From assembly GCA_009859145.1 (NCBI GenBank), contig VRVR01000008.1:9494-73493 (forward strand): 64,000 bases of DNA. The letters are read 5' to 3'. Shown one piece after another: positions 9,819 to 19,229 of this stretch; position 1 is the stretch's first letter, and every line of letters starts with the position of its first letter. This DNA is from Andalucia godoyi And28. Taxonomy: Eukaryota > Protista > Jakobida. Position numbers and translations under genes: made by a program. A model generated the notes under the pieces. The model was not told the origin of the DNA. It did not search any database and saw only the letters and a program-made list of their open reading frames with translations.

Positions 9819-11251
9819 ACCAGCAGGCCAAGACAAAGGATTCGCACTAAACCTCTGGAACTGCATTACAATGGCGGACAGGAGGGCTTTTTTGAAACCA
9901 TTCCCAAAAGCAAATCGGGCCAAACGTTCGAGCACCTTCGAGGGCAGAATCCGCATGTGTATGAGGAGAGTCCATTAGAGAAGCGTCAAAAAGGTATATG
10001 TCTGCACAGACACGAATGTAACCGAGCGGCGCCCCTGCTCTGACGGATGCATCGCCAGGAGAAGAAGGACAGAGCAGATGGTAGCACCACGCCAGAGGGG
10101 ACATGCTCCAGGCGAAAGGATGTGACAGACGCTGATATCGGGGCTCTGCTTGTTTGCACCAGGGCATCACCATACAAATTGACCCCAACGGTTCGATGCT
10201 TTGGAGCCCGAATCCGTGCTCTGCGTGTTTTTTTCAAACACTCGTTCCGGGAAGACGGTGCCGCGGGGATGGCACCGAATCCGCACACAAATGGCAAAAG
10301 AGCGGGAATGTCTTGCGTCCACTTGGGGACCTAATGACAGGCTTCGACTGCCAGATCTGCCAGTACCGTCATCAACCAATAATGGGACAGGTAAACTACG
10401 GCTGATCCGAGCGAGCCCATTTCAACGTTGGTGGACCGAGGGTCGGAAGCGGACACAACCGGATTAACGTTTCACTCACCTTGGAGGCAACTCTTATTTA
10501 TTTATTTTTTAAAAAAAGTAACGTTTGTTATTTTTCGAACTGAGATTTTAATAATATAAAAAAGATCCAAACGAGATGCAAACTTCTGAATCTCGTAAAT
10601 ATATATATATATATGTATAATGTATAATGTATTTCGAAGCGAGCGCGGTTAAAAAAGCCAACCGTGTATCTGTGGAAAACTGACAAAAACCAGCGGAAAA
10701 AAGGTGGCGCTGTAAACATTGCGGAGTTCGAAATGGATCGCGATTGGCTTTGGTTCTCGAAATATATGTCTTGAAGCATTGTTCAGATCATATTGATCGC
10801 CTTTCCTTTAAGCGAAGTGCGCGATGGCTGCCTCGGCCCTTCGTCTGTAGAGACTTGCGAGCATAAATCTCATGAAAGTGAGGTGAGTGTTGCCAGTACT
10901 GATCAACATTGATTAGCATTGGAACCAGAAAGGCACAGGCAAAGGCATAGAACGAACTGAATAGCAGGACTGAGAAAAGAAAAGAAAGAAAAAAGACTCC
11001 AGTTCCGTCTGCATCCTTCATCCTTTTTTACTTCAACAAAATGCATACAAATACAAAAACCACACTTGCTCCAATCAACCCCTATTTTTTTTGTTTTCTT
11101 CTTCTTATTATTATTCATGCGGGATCCGGAGAGAGAGCGAGTGCGCCAGTGGACTCGATACACGTGTAGAGTGAGTTGTCCACAGCGAGAGTGAGAGAGA
11201 GCTCGGATAACCGGCAATGCGTGCCGACTAAGATGCGCAAGTCTCTTGCAT

Positions 11252-11401
11252 TTACTTCTTGCCAAAAGACATCTCGGCTGCTTTGGCCTCCTTCTTGGCC
11301 TTCATCTTGGCACGCTGCTCGTCTTTTGCAGCTCCGCCCTTGGGCTTGTTCTTCTCGGACTTGGAGCTCGGCTTCGGCTTGAATTCCTTCTTATCGGCCA
11401 T
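11252..11401 (-). CDS. Small lysine-rich protein, 49 aa (MADKKEFKPKPSSKSEKNKPKGGAAKDEQRAKMKAKKEAKAAEMSFGKK)
   Basis: Clean ATG...TAA, below the track length cutoff. Nearly all Lys codons are AAG and most Ala codons are GCC, the same bias as neighbouring RPS17. Divergent from RPS17. Confidence 0.6.
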   Translation of the reverse strand: MADKKEFKPKPSSKSEKNKPKGGAAKDEQRAKMKAKKEAKAAEMSFGKK

Positions 11402-11834
11402 TTCGTACTGTCGTTGTTGTGCGAAAAGGTTGGTGGATGTTTCTCCTTTGACTTTTTTGGAAACTGCACATATCCAGACGAATTTTCAAAGTCTATCAAG
11501 CTGACAAAAGAGCGGAGATTTTTGGTCGAACTGGCCACTTCGGAATAATCGGGTTTCTTTTACGACAGGTGCATGCCCACACCCCCCTCCCCCAGCACTC
11601 CCAAAGGAAAGAGCGGCGGGCCTTTTTACCCTAACAACGTTGCCACAACCTCTCCCAGCCGGTAACCCTAGCTGCCTCTTCTTATGCACAAGAATGTAAC
11701 CCTGGACACCCCCTCCCCAATTGTAGGACTTCGTTCAACGAGGAAAACAAAATGAATCCAATTTGCGTTTCTTTTTTGTGGTGTTTATTTGTTTCCTGTT
11801 GGTTTTCTTGTAGCATACCTTTCCACGCTTAACC

Positions 11835-12445
11835 AGTACGTGCTTTCACTCACATTGTTCTTGCTGTTGAACGATCTCGCGCCTGGGATGCCATCGCGAA
11901 TCGTCGTGTTATTTCCTCGTTTTATGATGGAATTGTTTTTTGAACTAATCTGACCATTTTCCTTCATTTCACCTTTTGTTCTTCATCAATCAGTGGGCCG
12001 AGTCCGTACCAAGACCGTAAAGAAGTCCGCAGCACACGTTATCGAGTCGTACTATGCCAAGCTTGGCTCCGACTTCTCGATCAACAAGCGATTTGTCGAT
12101 GAGGTTGCCTCCATTCAGACCAAGCGTCTCCGCAACAAGATTGCCGGATTCGTTACGCACTTGATGAAGCGTATCCAGCGTGGACCGGTCCGCGGAATCT
12201 CCCTGAAGCTTCAGGAGGAGGAGCGTGAGCGCCGCATGGACTTTGTTCCCGAGGTCTCTGCTGTTGACGAGATCATCAATAATGGAGTCAAGGTTGACGC
12301 CGTCACTTTCAAGATGTTGGCCGAGATCAACATGCCCAACCTCAAGAACGTTACTCAGTACCAGGGTGGAAACTACCAGAAGAAGCGTGACGGACAGAAC
12401 CGTGGCCCTCGCCCCCAGCGCACGGAGCGCCCCAAGCGTGAGTAA
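11835..12445 (+). CDS. RPS17: 40S ribosomal protein eS17; exon 1 supplies only the A of ATG (11835), exon 2 is 11994-12445
   Basis: [12 protein letters not shown]...[46 protein letters not shown] is unmistakable eS17. There is no in-frame ATG unless intron 11836-11993 is spliced. Confidence 0.96.
11836..11993 (+). other. Intron splitting the RPS17 start codon (A|TG)
   Basis: GTACGT donor at 11836, ACTAAT branch-like motif at 11944-11949, ATCAATCAG acceptor ending 11993. Confidence 0.75.
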
Positions 12446-13042
12446 GCTGCTGGAGTCGTCCAGGTGTTTTGTTGGTGGAATATTGTCCATGTTTTTGCTA
12501 GTAGAATGCGCCCCACAAGAAAAAGAAACGAATAAATCTCTGTTTTATAGCCCTCTTTCTCTCTCTTCACCGGCCTCGTTTTTTTGCCGTGCATGCATCT
12601 TGTGTTGGTTGGCATCGTGCTTGCGATTTTCGCGAACAACGACCGTATACACGAGAGCTCACGTTCAACAACAACATGCCGCCTAGCGCCAGGACACGTG
12701 TGCGAACGCCACCTCGGACATGATGATGAGAAGGGACGTTCGCCAGTTTGCCACACGCCAGCAAGACCACGCAACCAGCAATTACACAAAAACTTAATTT
12801 AGAAAAGAGAAGTATCGGCCCATTGCAATCGGTTCATCATTGTCTTGGTACACTAACGTAGACCCTGAGACTGCGGCTGGTTTGCTAGTGTGTTTTTGTG
12901 TTTTTGTTTTTGTTTTTTTGAGGGGTGTGTTTTTTTAATTATAGATTTTTTTATTGTATTCCTTTCTTGCAGAAGAAAGTAGCTTGGCCAAAGGCATTTT
13001 GGGGTAGTCTTGGAAAACGCAGCCCAGCTCAGCTCAATGTAA

Positions 13043-13942
13043 ATGATGGATCTTGTATTGCTTTCGTGGAACTTTGGAATCACAGCGTCATCGATCTTGA
13101 CAGTAATGTCCACGTTGGTACTCGTGACGCTGGGTATCTTCTACTCCAAGCTGTCCATTCACACTGTACGGTATGTGCTGCTTTACGGATGGAAGCAGCC
13201 ATTTCTCGCGCTCGAAGAACGGTATCGTGATTTCAGCCGAGACCGAAGCCGGTTCAAGGTACCTTCGCACATTGCATTCATCATGGATGGAAACCGGCGG
13301 TATGCAAAATCGCTTCGATTTGTCAATGTTACCTCTGGGCACGAGTACGGAGCAGAAAAGGTGCATGATGTGCTGCGATGGTGTTCGGAATTCAAGGAAA
13401 TCCAAGAAGTGACGCTATGGGCGCTCAGCTCGGATAACTTGCAGAGGGCGGAAGACGAGGTGCAGAAACTGTGGGCGTTGTGCAAGACTCATCTGGACGA
13501 GCTGGCAGATTCGGATGAAGTGCGGAAGAATCAAGTGCGTGTCCGTATTATTGGAGAACGTAGTAGGATTCCTGCAGATGTAATGAAGCATGTGGAACAT
13601 GTAGAACGAGTGACCATGGAGTACAACACTCACAAGGTTCTCAACATTGCAATTGCTTATGGCGGACGAGAAGAGATCGTTTCAGCCATCAAATTGGCAT
13701 GCGAGAAGAAGCCAGTCGTGCAACTGACTATGGACGACATTTCCCGGCATTGCTATGCATTTTCAGAGCCAGATCTGATCGTCCGAACGGGTGGCGATGA
13801 GCGCTTGTCAGGTTTCTTGCTGTGGCAGTCCAGATACGCAGAACTCGTGTTCCAACGTGTGTTGTGGCCGGGTTTTTCTCGTGTCCACTTGCTTAGAGCA
13901 CTTTGCGAGTTTGACTCTCGAAATCGTCGATTCGGCAAGTGA
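13043..13942 (+). CDS. cis-prenyltransferase (undecaprenyl/dehydrodolichyl diphosphate synthase family) with N-terminal TM helix
   Basis: HIAFIMDGNRRYAK, GHEYGAEK, VTLWALSSDNLQR, PDLIVRTGGDERLSGFLLWQ and C-terminal RRFGK. Confidence 0.93.
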   Translation: MMDLVLLSWNFGITASSILTVMSTLVLVTLGIFYSKLSIHTVRYVLLYGWKQPFLALEERYRDFSRDRSRFKVPSHIAFIMDGNRRYAKSLRFVNVTSGHEYGAEKVHDVLRWCSEFKEIQEVTLWALSSDNLQRAEDEVQKLWALCKTHLDELADSDEVRKNQVRVRIIGERSRIPADVMKHVEHVERVTMEYNTHKVLNIAIAYGGREEIVSAIKLACEKKPVVQLTMDDISRHCYAFSEPDLIVRTGGDERLSGFLLWQSRYAELVFQRVLWPGFSRVHLLRALCEFDSRNRRFGK

Positions 13943-14239
13943 GCGTGGACCGCGTTGTACTTGCTCGTGCTGCTTGCTGCTTGTTGCTTTTTGAATCCCC
14001 GTCGTCGGCTGGGCGTCCTCGATCCATCCTCACTGGCTTGCTCTTTTATTATTTTATATTCTTCTTCTTGTTCTTCTGTTTTCCTCTTGTTCGTCGCAGC
14101 AGCAGAGTCCAGTACGGAACAAGAGGAAACAGGTGAAGAAGGGGAAGGCAAGCACTACCACCTCCACATAAAATGTACATAAGTAATACAAGTTGGTATT
14201 TTAAATTTTAAAAGGCACGCCGAGGCCACCAAGAGAAAC

Positions 14240-15259
14240 CTAGACGTTGGAATCTGCCGGAATCTTCGATAGGTCGTCAAAGTCAGAATGTAGAGAACGT
14301 TGTTGGTGAGTCGGAGACGGGATCTGCGCATGATGTTGCATCTGTTCGTCGTCCGGAGGACTGCCGGTACAGGCATCGTCGCTTTTTGGAATCTTGAAAT
14401 TTGTCGAGGCAGAAGCAGGGATGAGAGGGATGTCCTTGATGTTCTTCACCGCTTGCCGCGAGTCAAATATCGGCAGCAGCATGAAGATCCAGATCGTAAT
14501 AGATGCGATCAGCACGGAAATGAAGCAGTACGCCACATCAAGTGCTCTCGTTCGGATGGCATCGTCTGGAAACACGGTAGACGCTCCTTGGCATAAGACT
14601 CCTGCAGGCAAGAACACCATGTACATAAGCCAGATGGAATGCATTCGCTTTCGCAGATGAATGGACTTGAGCGTTCTAGACAGCCGGCGCGCACCTGCAA
14701 CGAACAAGAACAGAAAGACCACAATGTACACAAACAGCCCACCGAGCGGAACAAGAGGAATCTGGCACACTGCTTCCGAAGCATTGTACACCTGGAACCC
14801 TAGATTGGACACATCCGACACGTCTGACACGATGAATACCACAACCACGAGCAGGGCGAGCGGAAGAGTCGACACGACAGTCCAAATCATGATTTTCAGC
14901 GACGCTTTGGACCCCCGGATGACCATCAGGAAGAAGACCGACAAGAAAAAAGAGGCCTCTGCAAATCCGAAAGTGATCAAAACATGTGCTTTGCAGAGAT
15001 TCTCAAGATCCGAGCGAGACACGGCAACAATGCCTTCGTCGGATCCCGTTGTCCAAAATATCGAAAGCCCAATCAGAAGCGACAGAATCCACACAAACGA
15101 CAAGAATACAATAAACAATCGAGCAACCCAAAGCGCATTAAACACAAGTTTCCGATTTAATACAATCACAAACATTGCATATATGGAATACAGGAGAAAC
15201 ACCGCAACGACTGCCAGTCGCGCATAATCTAGCCCGTCAAGCGCCGCTGAACTCGTCAT
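14240..15259 (-). CDS. Uncharacterised roughly 7-TM membrane protein (GPCR-like topology)
   Basis: About seven hydrophobic segments, FNALWVARLFIV and NLCKAHVLITFGFAE motifs, and a polar C-tail. True ATG at 15259; the track ORF extends through microsatellites. Confidence 0.7.
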   Translation of the reverse strand: MTSSAALDGLDYARLAVVAVFLLYSIYAMFVIVLNRKLVFNALWVARLFIVFLSFVWILSLLIGLSIFWTTGSDEGIVAVSRSDLENLCKAHVLITFGFAEASFFLSVFFLMVIRGSKASLKIMIWTVVSTLPLALLVVVVFIVSDVSDVSNLGFQVYNASEAVCQIPLVPLGGLFVYIVVFLFLFVAGARRLSRTLKSIHLRKRMHSIWLMYMVFLPAGVLCQGASTVFPDDAIRTRALDVAYCFISVLIASITIWIFMLLPIFDSRQAVKNIKDIPLIPASASTNFKIPKSDDACTGSPPDDEQMQHHAQIPSPTHQQRSLHSDFDDLSKIPADSNV

Positions 15260-15357
15260 TCCGAAAGAAAAATGAGTGTGTGTGTGAGTGTGTGCGTGAG
15301 TGAGTGAGTGTGTGCGTGAGTGTGTGTGCGTGAGATGGTGGGCGGGGAGGGAGAACG

Positions 15358-15366
15358 ACGACGACG

Positions 15367-15403
<37 letters not shown>
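15358..15403. repeat. (GAC)n-(AAC)n microsatellite
   Basis: Read directly; explains the poly-Leu start of track ORF 14240..15403. Confidence 0.9.
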
Positions 15404-15828
15404 CCCCTACGAAGAAACCCTACAGAATACAATACAAAAAATGTCCCAGAATAAATTACAAAAATGTCATTAACAGCAAGCTTATATTGGTTGGTGGCAG
15501 AAAGTGGATCGGGAAAGCAGTGAAAAAGACTGGACAAAACACAAATGAAGAAGAGAAAAAGAACGTTTGTTTAACGATACCAAAAAAAAAAGGAGTGGAA
15601 AATGATGAACGTTGCTCAATTCATTCCCGATTTCGTTTGAGGTTGCTAGAGTGCTGTTCCTTCGCATGTTCACTACGATGGATTCTCGCTCTTTCCTATT
15701 TATCTTGCTGATTTTCCTTTTTTTTTTTTTTTCTCGTTCGCTCGGCTGAAGACCTGGGAAAGTCCAATTAGAGGACGATCGTCAGCTTGGTCTTGGTGTT
15801 GTTTTTGGTCTTGGTTTTGGTTTTGGAG

Positions 15829-18417
15829 ATGCAGAGAAGAGGTGGAAATGGTGGAAAAGACCCACTGAATCCGGCAAGATTGGCGGGAATGTCTAGAAAG
15901 AAGGTTCGACAAGCGGTGCGAGAAGAAAAGAAGAATCGAAAGCGCGAGCATTTCAAAGGGAATCACGTACAAGTGAAGAACTCTGCGGACCGCGAGACTC
16001 TTCTACGTACCAATTCGAAAATCAAGAGCGAAAAATACAAGACCTATGATCACCACCATGTCGCCTCGGCAGATGACTGTGGTGGTCATGATGATGCTGA
16101 TTTGGAAGTGGTACTTGAGAAACCGTCCAAAAAGATGAAGCGACAACCGCAGCCACTGCTCTCATCCCGCGTGAATGGCAGTGAGACGGCGAGGTACAAA
16201 GACGAGGATGCTGATGATTTGGATTTTGATGCGATTGAAGCTGATATTGAAGCGAAGAGTAACCCCGCAGTCCGGAGGATGAAGCGAGTAGATCGGCAAC
16301 AAGAGGAGTGGGAGTCCACGAGGATGCCGTCGAGAGCAGAGAGAGAAGCTGCAAAGTTCATTGACGAAGAGGGCGAATTCGACGAAATTGAGTACTGGAG
16401 AAAAAAGATGGGCAAGGCAAAGAAGGGTTGGAAAGCAGATGGGCTTGATTATCTGACAACCATCTTGCACATGTCGGATGACGAGAACGAAGACAAGCAT
16501 CAAATGGGGAATGATCTCCATGGGAATCATGGAGTGTCAAAGAACACGGCCAAAGGAGGGAAGCGAAGGGCTGTGCAGCAAACAGCAGATGACGAGGAAT
16601 CTTCTTTTAGGGATGAAACAGAAGAAGGCAGCGAAGATTCTGGTGATCCGTCCGGCGAAGGATCCATTCACTCAGATGATGAGGATGAGAGGGACGAGGT
16701 GGACAGCGATAATGAAGATGCGGGCGACTCAGTGAGTGAGAGCGACAAGGAATCGGAACAAGATCGCAGTGCTAAGAGCGCGAATTCAAAAAATCCGTTT
16801 GTCCGAACAAGCATCCTAGCCTCACAAACAGCTGCTGCTGTTTCGGATGCAGAAATGAAACAAATTCGAGGGGTGTTCAATCGAATGACACCGTCCAATT
16901 TGACATCATACTGCTTCTCTGCACTGACCTCGGCGTTTATGACGCTCGGCAGGGAAAAGGCTCTCAAAGCGCTCGAGAAAATTGTTCTGGATCCGCTTGC
17001 TTTCAACAATCGACTGCTCCCCCGCTTCATCTTTACCCATGCCTGCACAATCGCATTTTTGGCTCGGTCGCAGCCGTCTTTGTATCCCGTCTACGCGGCT
17101 CTCCTTGCCAAATTTGAACAGCTCTATGGCGCAGAATCCTCTCGCAACGAGCACCGCGAATCGCTTCTCAACATCGCGTCGACGGTGGCAGCCATGTACC
17201 ATTTGAACGTCATCCGACGCTCTGCTATTTATGACTTGCTTCGAAGGCTACTATCGGCCTGCGATGAACTGGCCGTCGAGCTTGTCCACCGAATAGCTCA
17301 GTACTGTGGAGCGAAACTGAAACGAGAAGACCCGACGGTGTTTTCCCAGGTCCTGTCGGAAATGCAACACGTCAAGGCATCCAACGCGAAGCGTGTGCAG
17401 TTCATCCTCGAAGCATTCGAAAAGGCCGCAAGCCAAGACTCTGTCTTTGACATTGACGAGTATGTAAGTGTGTGGAAGGCGTGTATGGACTACTTTGAGG
17501 AACACCAAATACCGGAATTGGAGGTCATGGCGGATGTGCCGTCCGTGCGAGGAAAGCCTTTAGCATCCTCGAAAGTATCTTCCAGTGCTTTGCCAACAGA
17601 CGACAGGACGGCGTTGATTTTGGAGGCCGCCAACAAAGACCGCACAGTGCAGGCTACGGACGCGCGAAAGGAGTTGTTCTTCACCATTCAAATGGCCGAT
17701 GACGTCGTGGATGCGGCTGACAAGCTGCTCAAGTTTTGCAAGAAGAGTAAGAATGGCGACAGAGATGTTATGCGCGTCGTCCTGCACTGCATGCAAAAGG
17801 AGTCCAAGTACAACCCGTTTTATTCCCACCTTGTCCGTCTTCTTCTCCGTGGTGACGACAAGCATCGTGCGTTTTCCTTCTCTCTGCAATACGCGATTTG
17901 GGATGTCTTTTCTGGGTTCCAGAGTTCCAGCAGCAGTCGGCACCATGCAGTTGTGAACGTTGGTCTGTTTGTTGCACAGTTGATCATGTGGGACACGCTG
18001 CCTTTTGCAGTCCTTCGCTCTTTGGAGTTCGAAAACCTTTCTCCGTCTTCTATCGTCTTCCTACAGACCGTGCTTGTTTCCGTGCTTCGACAACCTCCCG
18101 CGAAATTCTGGCTTTTGCAGGAACAGCATGCGAAGCATGCCGGTCTGTGGCCGCGTCATCCAGGTTTGCGAGACGGTTTGCTGTTGTTCTTAACGGGGCA
18201 CATGATTGATCGTCCACCACGAAGCACTGTTTTGGCCGATTGCCGTCAGCTTTCGATGACGGATCCCGTGAATGACACGATTCTTACGGAGCGTGCAAAG
18301 CAGCTTCGTCGCTTGTTGGAGCATTCCATTGCCGCATTCCCGATCGAGTCAACAAGGAAACGGGCTTCCGTGGACGACGCTTCCGATGTGGACGACGTAG
18401 ATCTGGACACCCTGTAA
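15829..18417 (+). CDS. NOM1: Nucleolar MIF4G/MA3 protein (NOM1/Sgd1)
   Basis: Basic/acidic N-terminus, MIF4G start KQIRGVFNRMTPSNL, IVELVHRIAQYCGAKLKREDP, and MA3 region TDARKELFFTIQMADD...CMQKESKYNPFYSHL...FSLQYAIWD. Confidence 0.88.
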   Translation: MQRRGGNGGKDPLNPARLAGMSRKKVRQAVREEKKNRKREHFKGNHVQVKNSADRETLLRTNSKIKSEKYKTYDHHHVASADDCGGHDDADLEVVLEKPSKKMKRQPQPLLSSRVNGSETARYKDEDADDLDFDAIEADIEAKSNPAVRRMKRVDRQQEEWESTRMPSRAEREAAKFIDEEGEFDEIEYWRKKMGKAKKGWKADGLDYLTTILHMSDDENEDKHQMGNDLHGNHGVSKNTAKGGKRRAVQQTADDEESSFRDETEEGSEDSGDPSGEGSIHSDDEDERDEVDSDNEDAGDSVSESDKESEQDRSAKSANSKNPFVRTSILASQTAAAVSDAEMKQIRGVFNRMTPSNLTSYCFSALTSAFMTLGREKALKALEKIVLDPLAFNNRLLPRFIFTHACTIAFLARSQPSLYPVYAALLAKFEQLYGAESSRNEHRESLLNIASTVAAMYHLNVIRRSAIYDLLRRLLSACDELAVELVHRIAQYCGAKLKREDPTVFSQVLSEMQHVKASNAKRVQFILEAFEKAASQDSVFDIDEYVSVWKACMDYFEEHQIPELEVMADVPSVRGKPLASSKVSSSALPTDDRTALILEAANKDRTVQATDARKELFFTIQMADDVVDAADKLLKFCKKSKNGDRDVMRVVLHCMQKESKYNPFYSHLVRLLLRGDDKHRAFSFSLQYAIWDVFSGFQSSSSSRHHAVVNVGLFVAQLIMWDTLPFAVLRSLEFENLSPSSIVFLQTVLVSVLRQPPAKFWLLQEQHAKHAGLWPRHPGLRDGLLLFLTGHMIDRPPRSTVLADCRQLSMTDPVNDTILTERAKQLRRLLEHSIAAFPIESTRKRASVDDASDVDDVDLDTL

Positions 18418-18667
18418 ACAATAAAGCACAGCCAACACAAAAGCGGCAGCTTAGTACAAATCTTTTACCAGTGATTGGTGAAGTGGGACGAGGATGAGGG
18501 GAATGGAATGGTGAGAAAGAAAAGGAAGACTACAAAAGGTGCGGATCGAGCTGCTCGCTCTCCTTCTCTCTCATTCTCATGCACGCACACACACACACAT
18601 ACACACACCCACAGAGAGAGAGAGAGAGAGAGAGAACACGACAGCTGACAGCTGACAGCTCGGGTTC

Positions 18668-19171
18668 TTAGGCCTTCTGCGTCGATGGCTGCGACGTCTT
18701 TTGCTGCGCGCCCTCCGGTCCCTTCTTGAGGGCATTCTTTCCGAGCAGGACACGGTGAATTCGCGGGAGAACTCCACCGCCTGCAATGGTGGCCTTGATC
18801 AGCATATCGAGTTCCTCGTCGGAGCGGATGGCGAGCTGCAAGTGGCGAGGCGTAATACGCTTGGCCTTTCCTTCCTTTGCTGCATTTCCAGCAAGCTCGA
18901 GCACTTCGGCGGCAAGATACTCGAGAATGGCTGCCATGTACACGGCGGCTGCACCTCCGCAGCGGGACTGGCCGGTAACACGGTCCTTGAGGAAACGGTG
19001 GATACGACCAACAGGAAACTGAAGGCCCGCGCGCACGGAACGGGAAACAGGCTTCTTCTTGTCGGAAGTCGCAGCAGCAGCAGCAGCGGCGGCGGCGGCG
19101 GCAACGGGAGCAGCAGCCTTGTTGGCCGGAGCAGCGACGGCGGCAGCAGGTGTCTTTGCCTTGGGTGCCAT
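18668..19171 (-). CDS. H2AZ: Histone variant H2A.Z
   Basis: [73 protein letters not shown] (H2A.Z-specific docking domain). Confidence 0.95.
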   Translation of the reverse strand: MAPKAKTPAAAVAAPANKAAAPVAAAAAAAAAAATSDKKKPVSRSVRAGLQFPVGRIHRFLKDRVTGQSRCGGAAAVYMAAILEYLAAEVLELAGNAAKEGKAKRITPRHLQLAIRSDEELDMLIKATIAGGGVLPRIHRVLLGKNALKKGPEGAQQKTSQPSTQKA

Positions 19172-19197
19172 ACTTTGATTGCGGAGACGAGGAAAGA

Positions 19198-19229
19198 GGG
19201 GGGTTAGTCGAGTAGGGGGGTTAGTCGAG
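19198..19229. promoter_or_regulatory. Perfect 15-nt direct repeat GGGGGGTTAGTCGAG x2 just upstream of H2A.Z
   Basis: Copies at 19198-19212 and 19215-19229, 27-58 nt upstream of the ATG at 19171. Regulatory role is inferred. Confidence 0.45.

Noticed and set aside
10201-10380. In-frame TGA codons upstream of ORF 9847-10188 suggesting selenocysteine or recoding
   Set aside because: The same frame also contains TAG, the peptide lacks redox motifs, and TGA is a normal stop in neighbouring genes.
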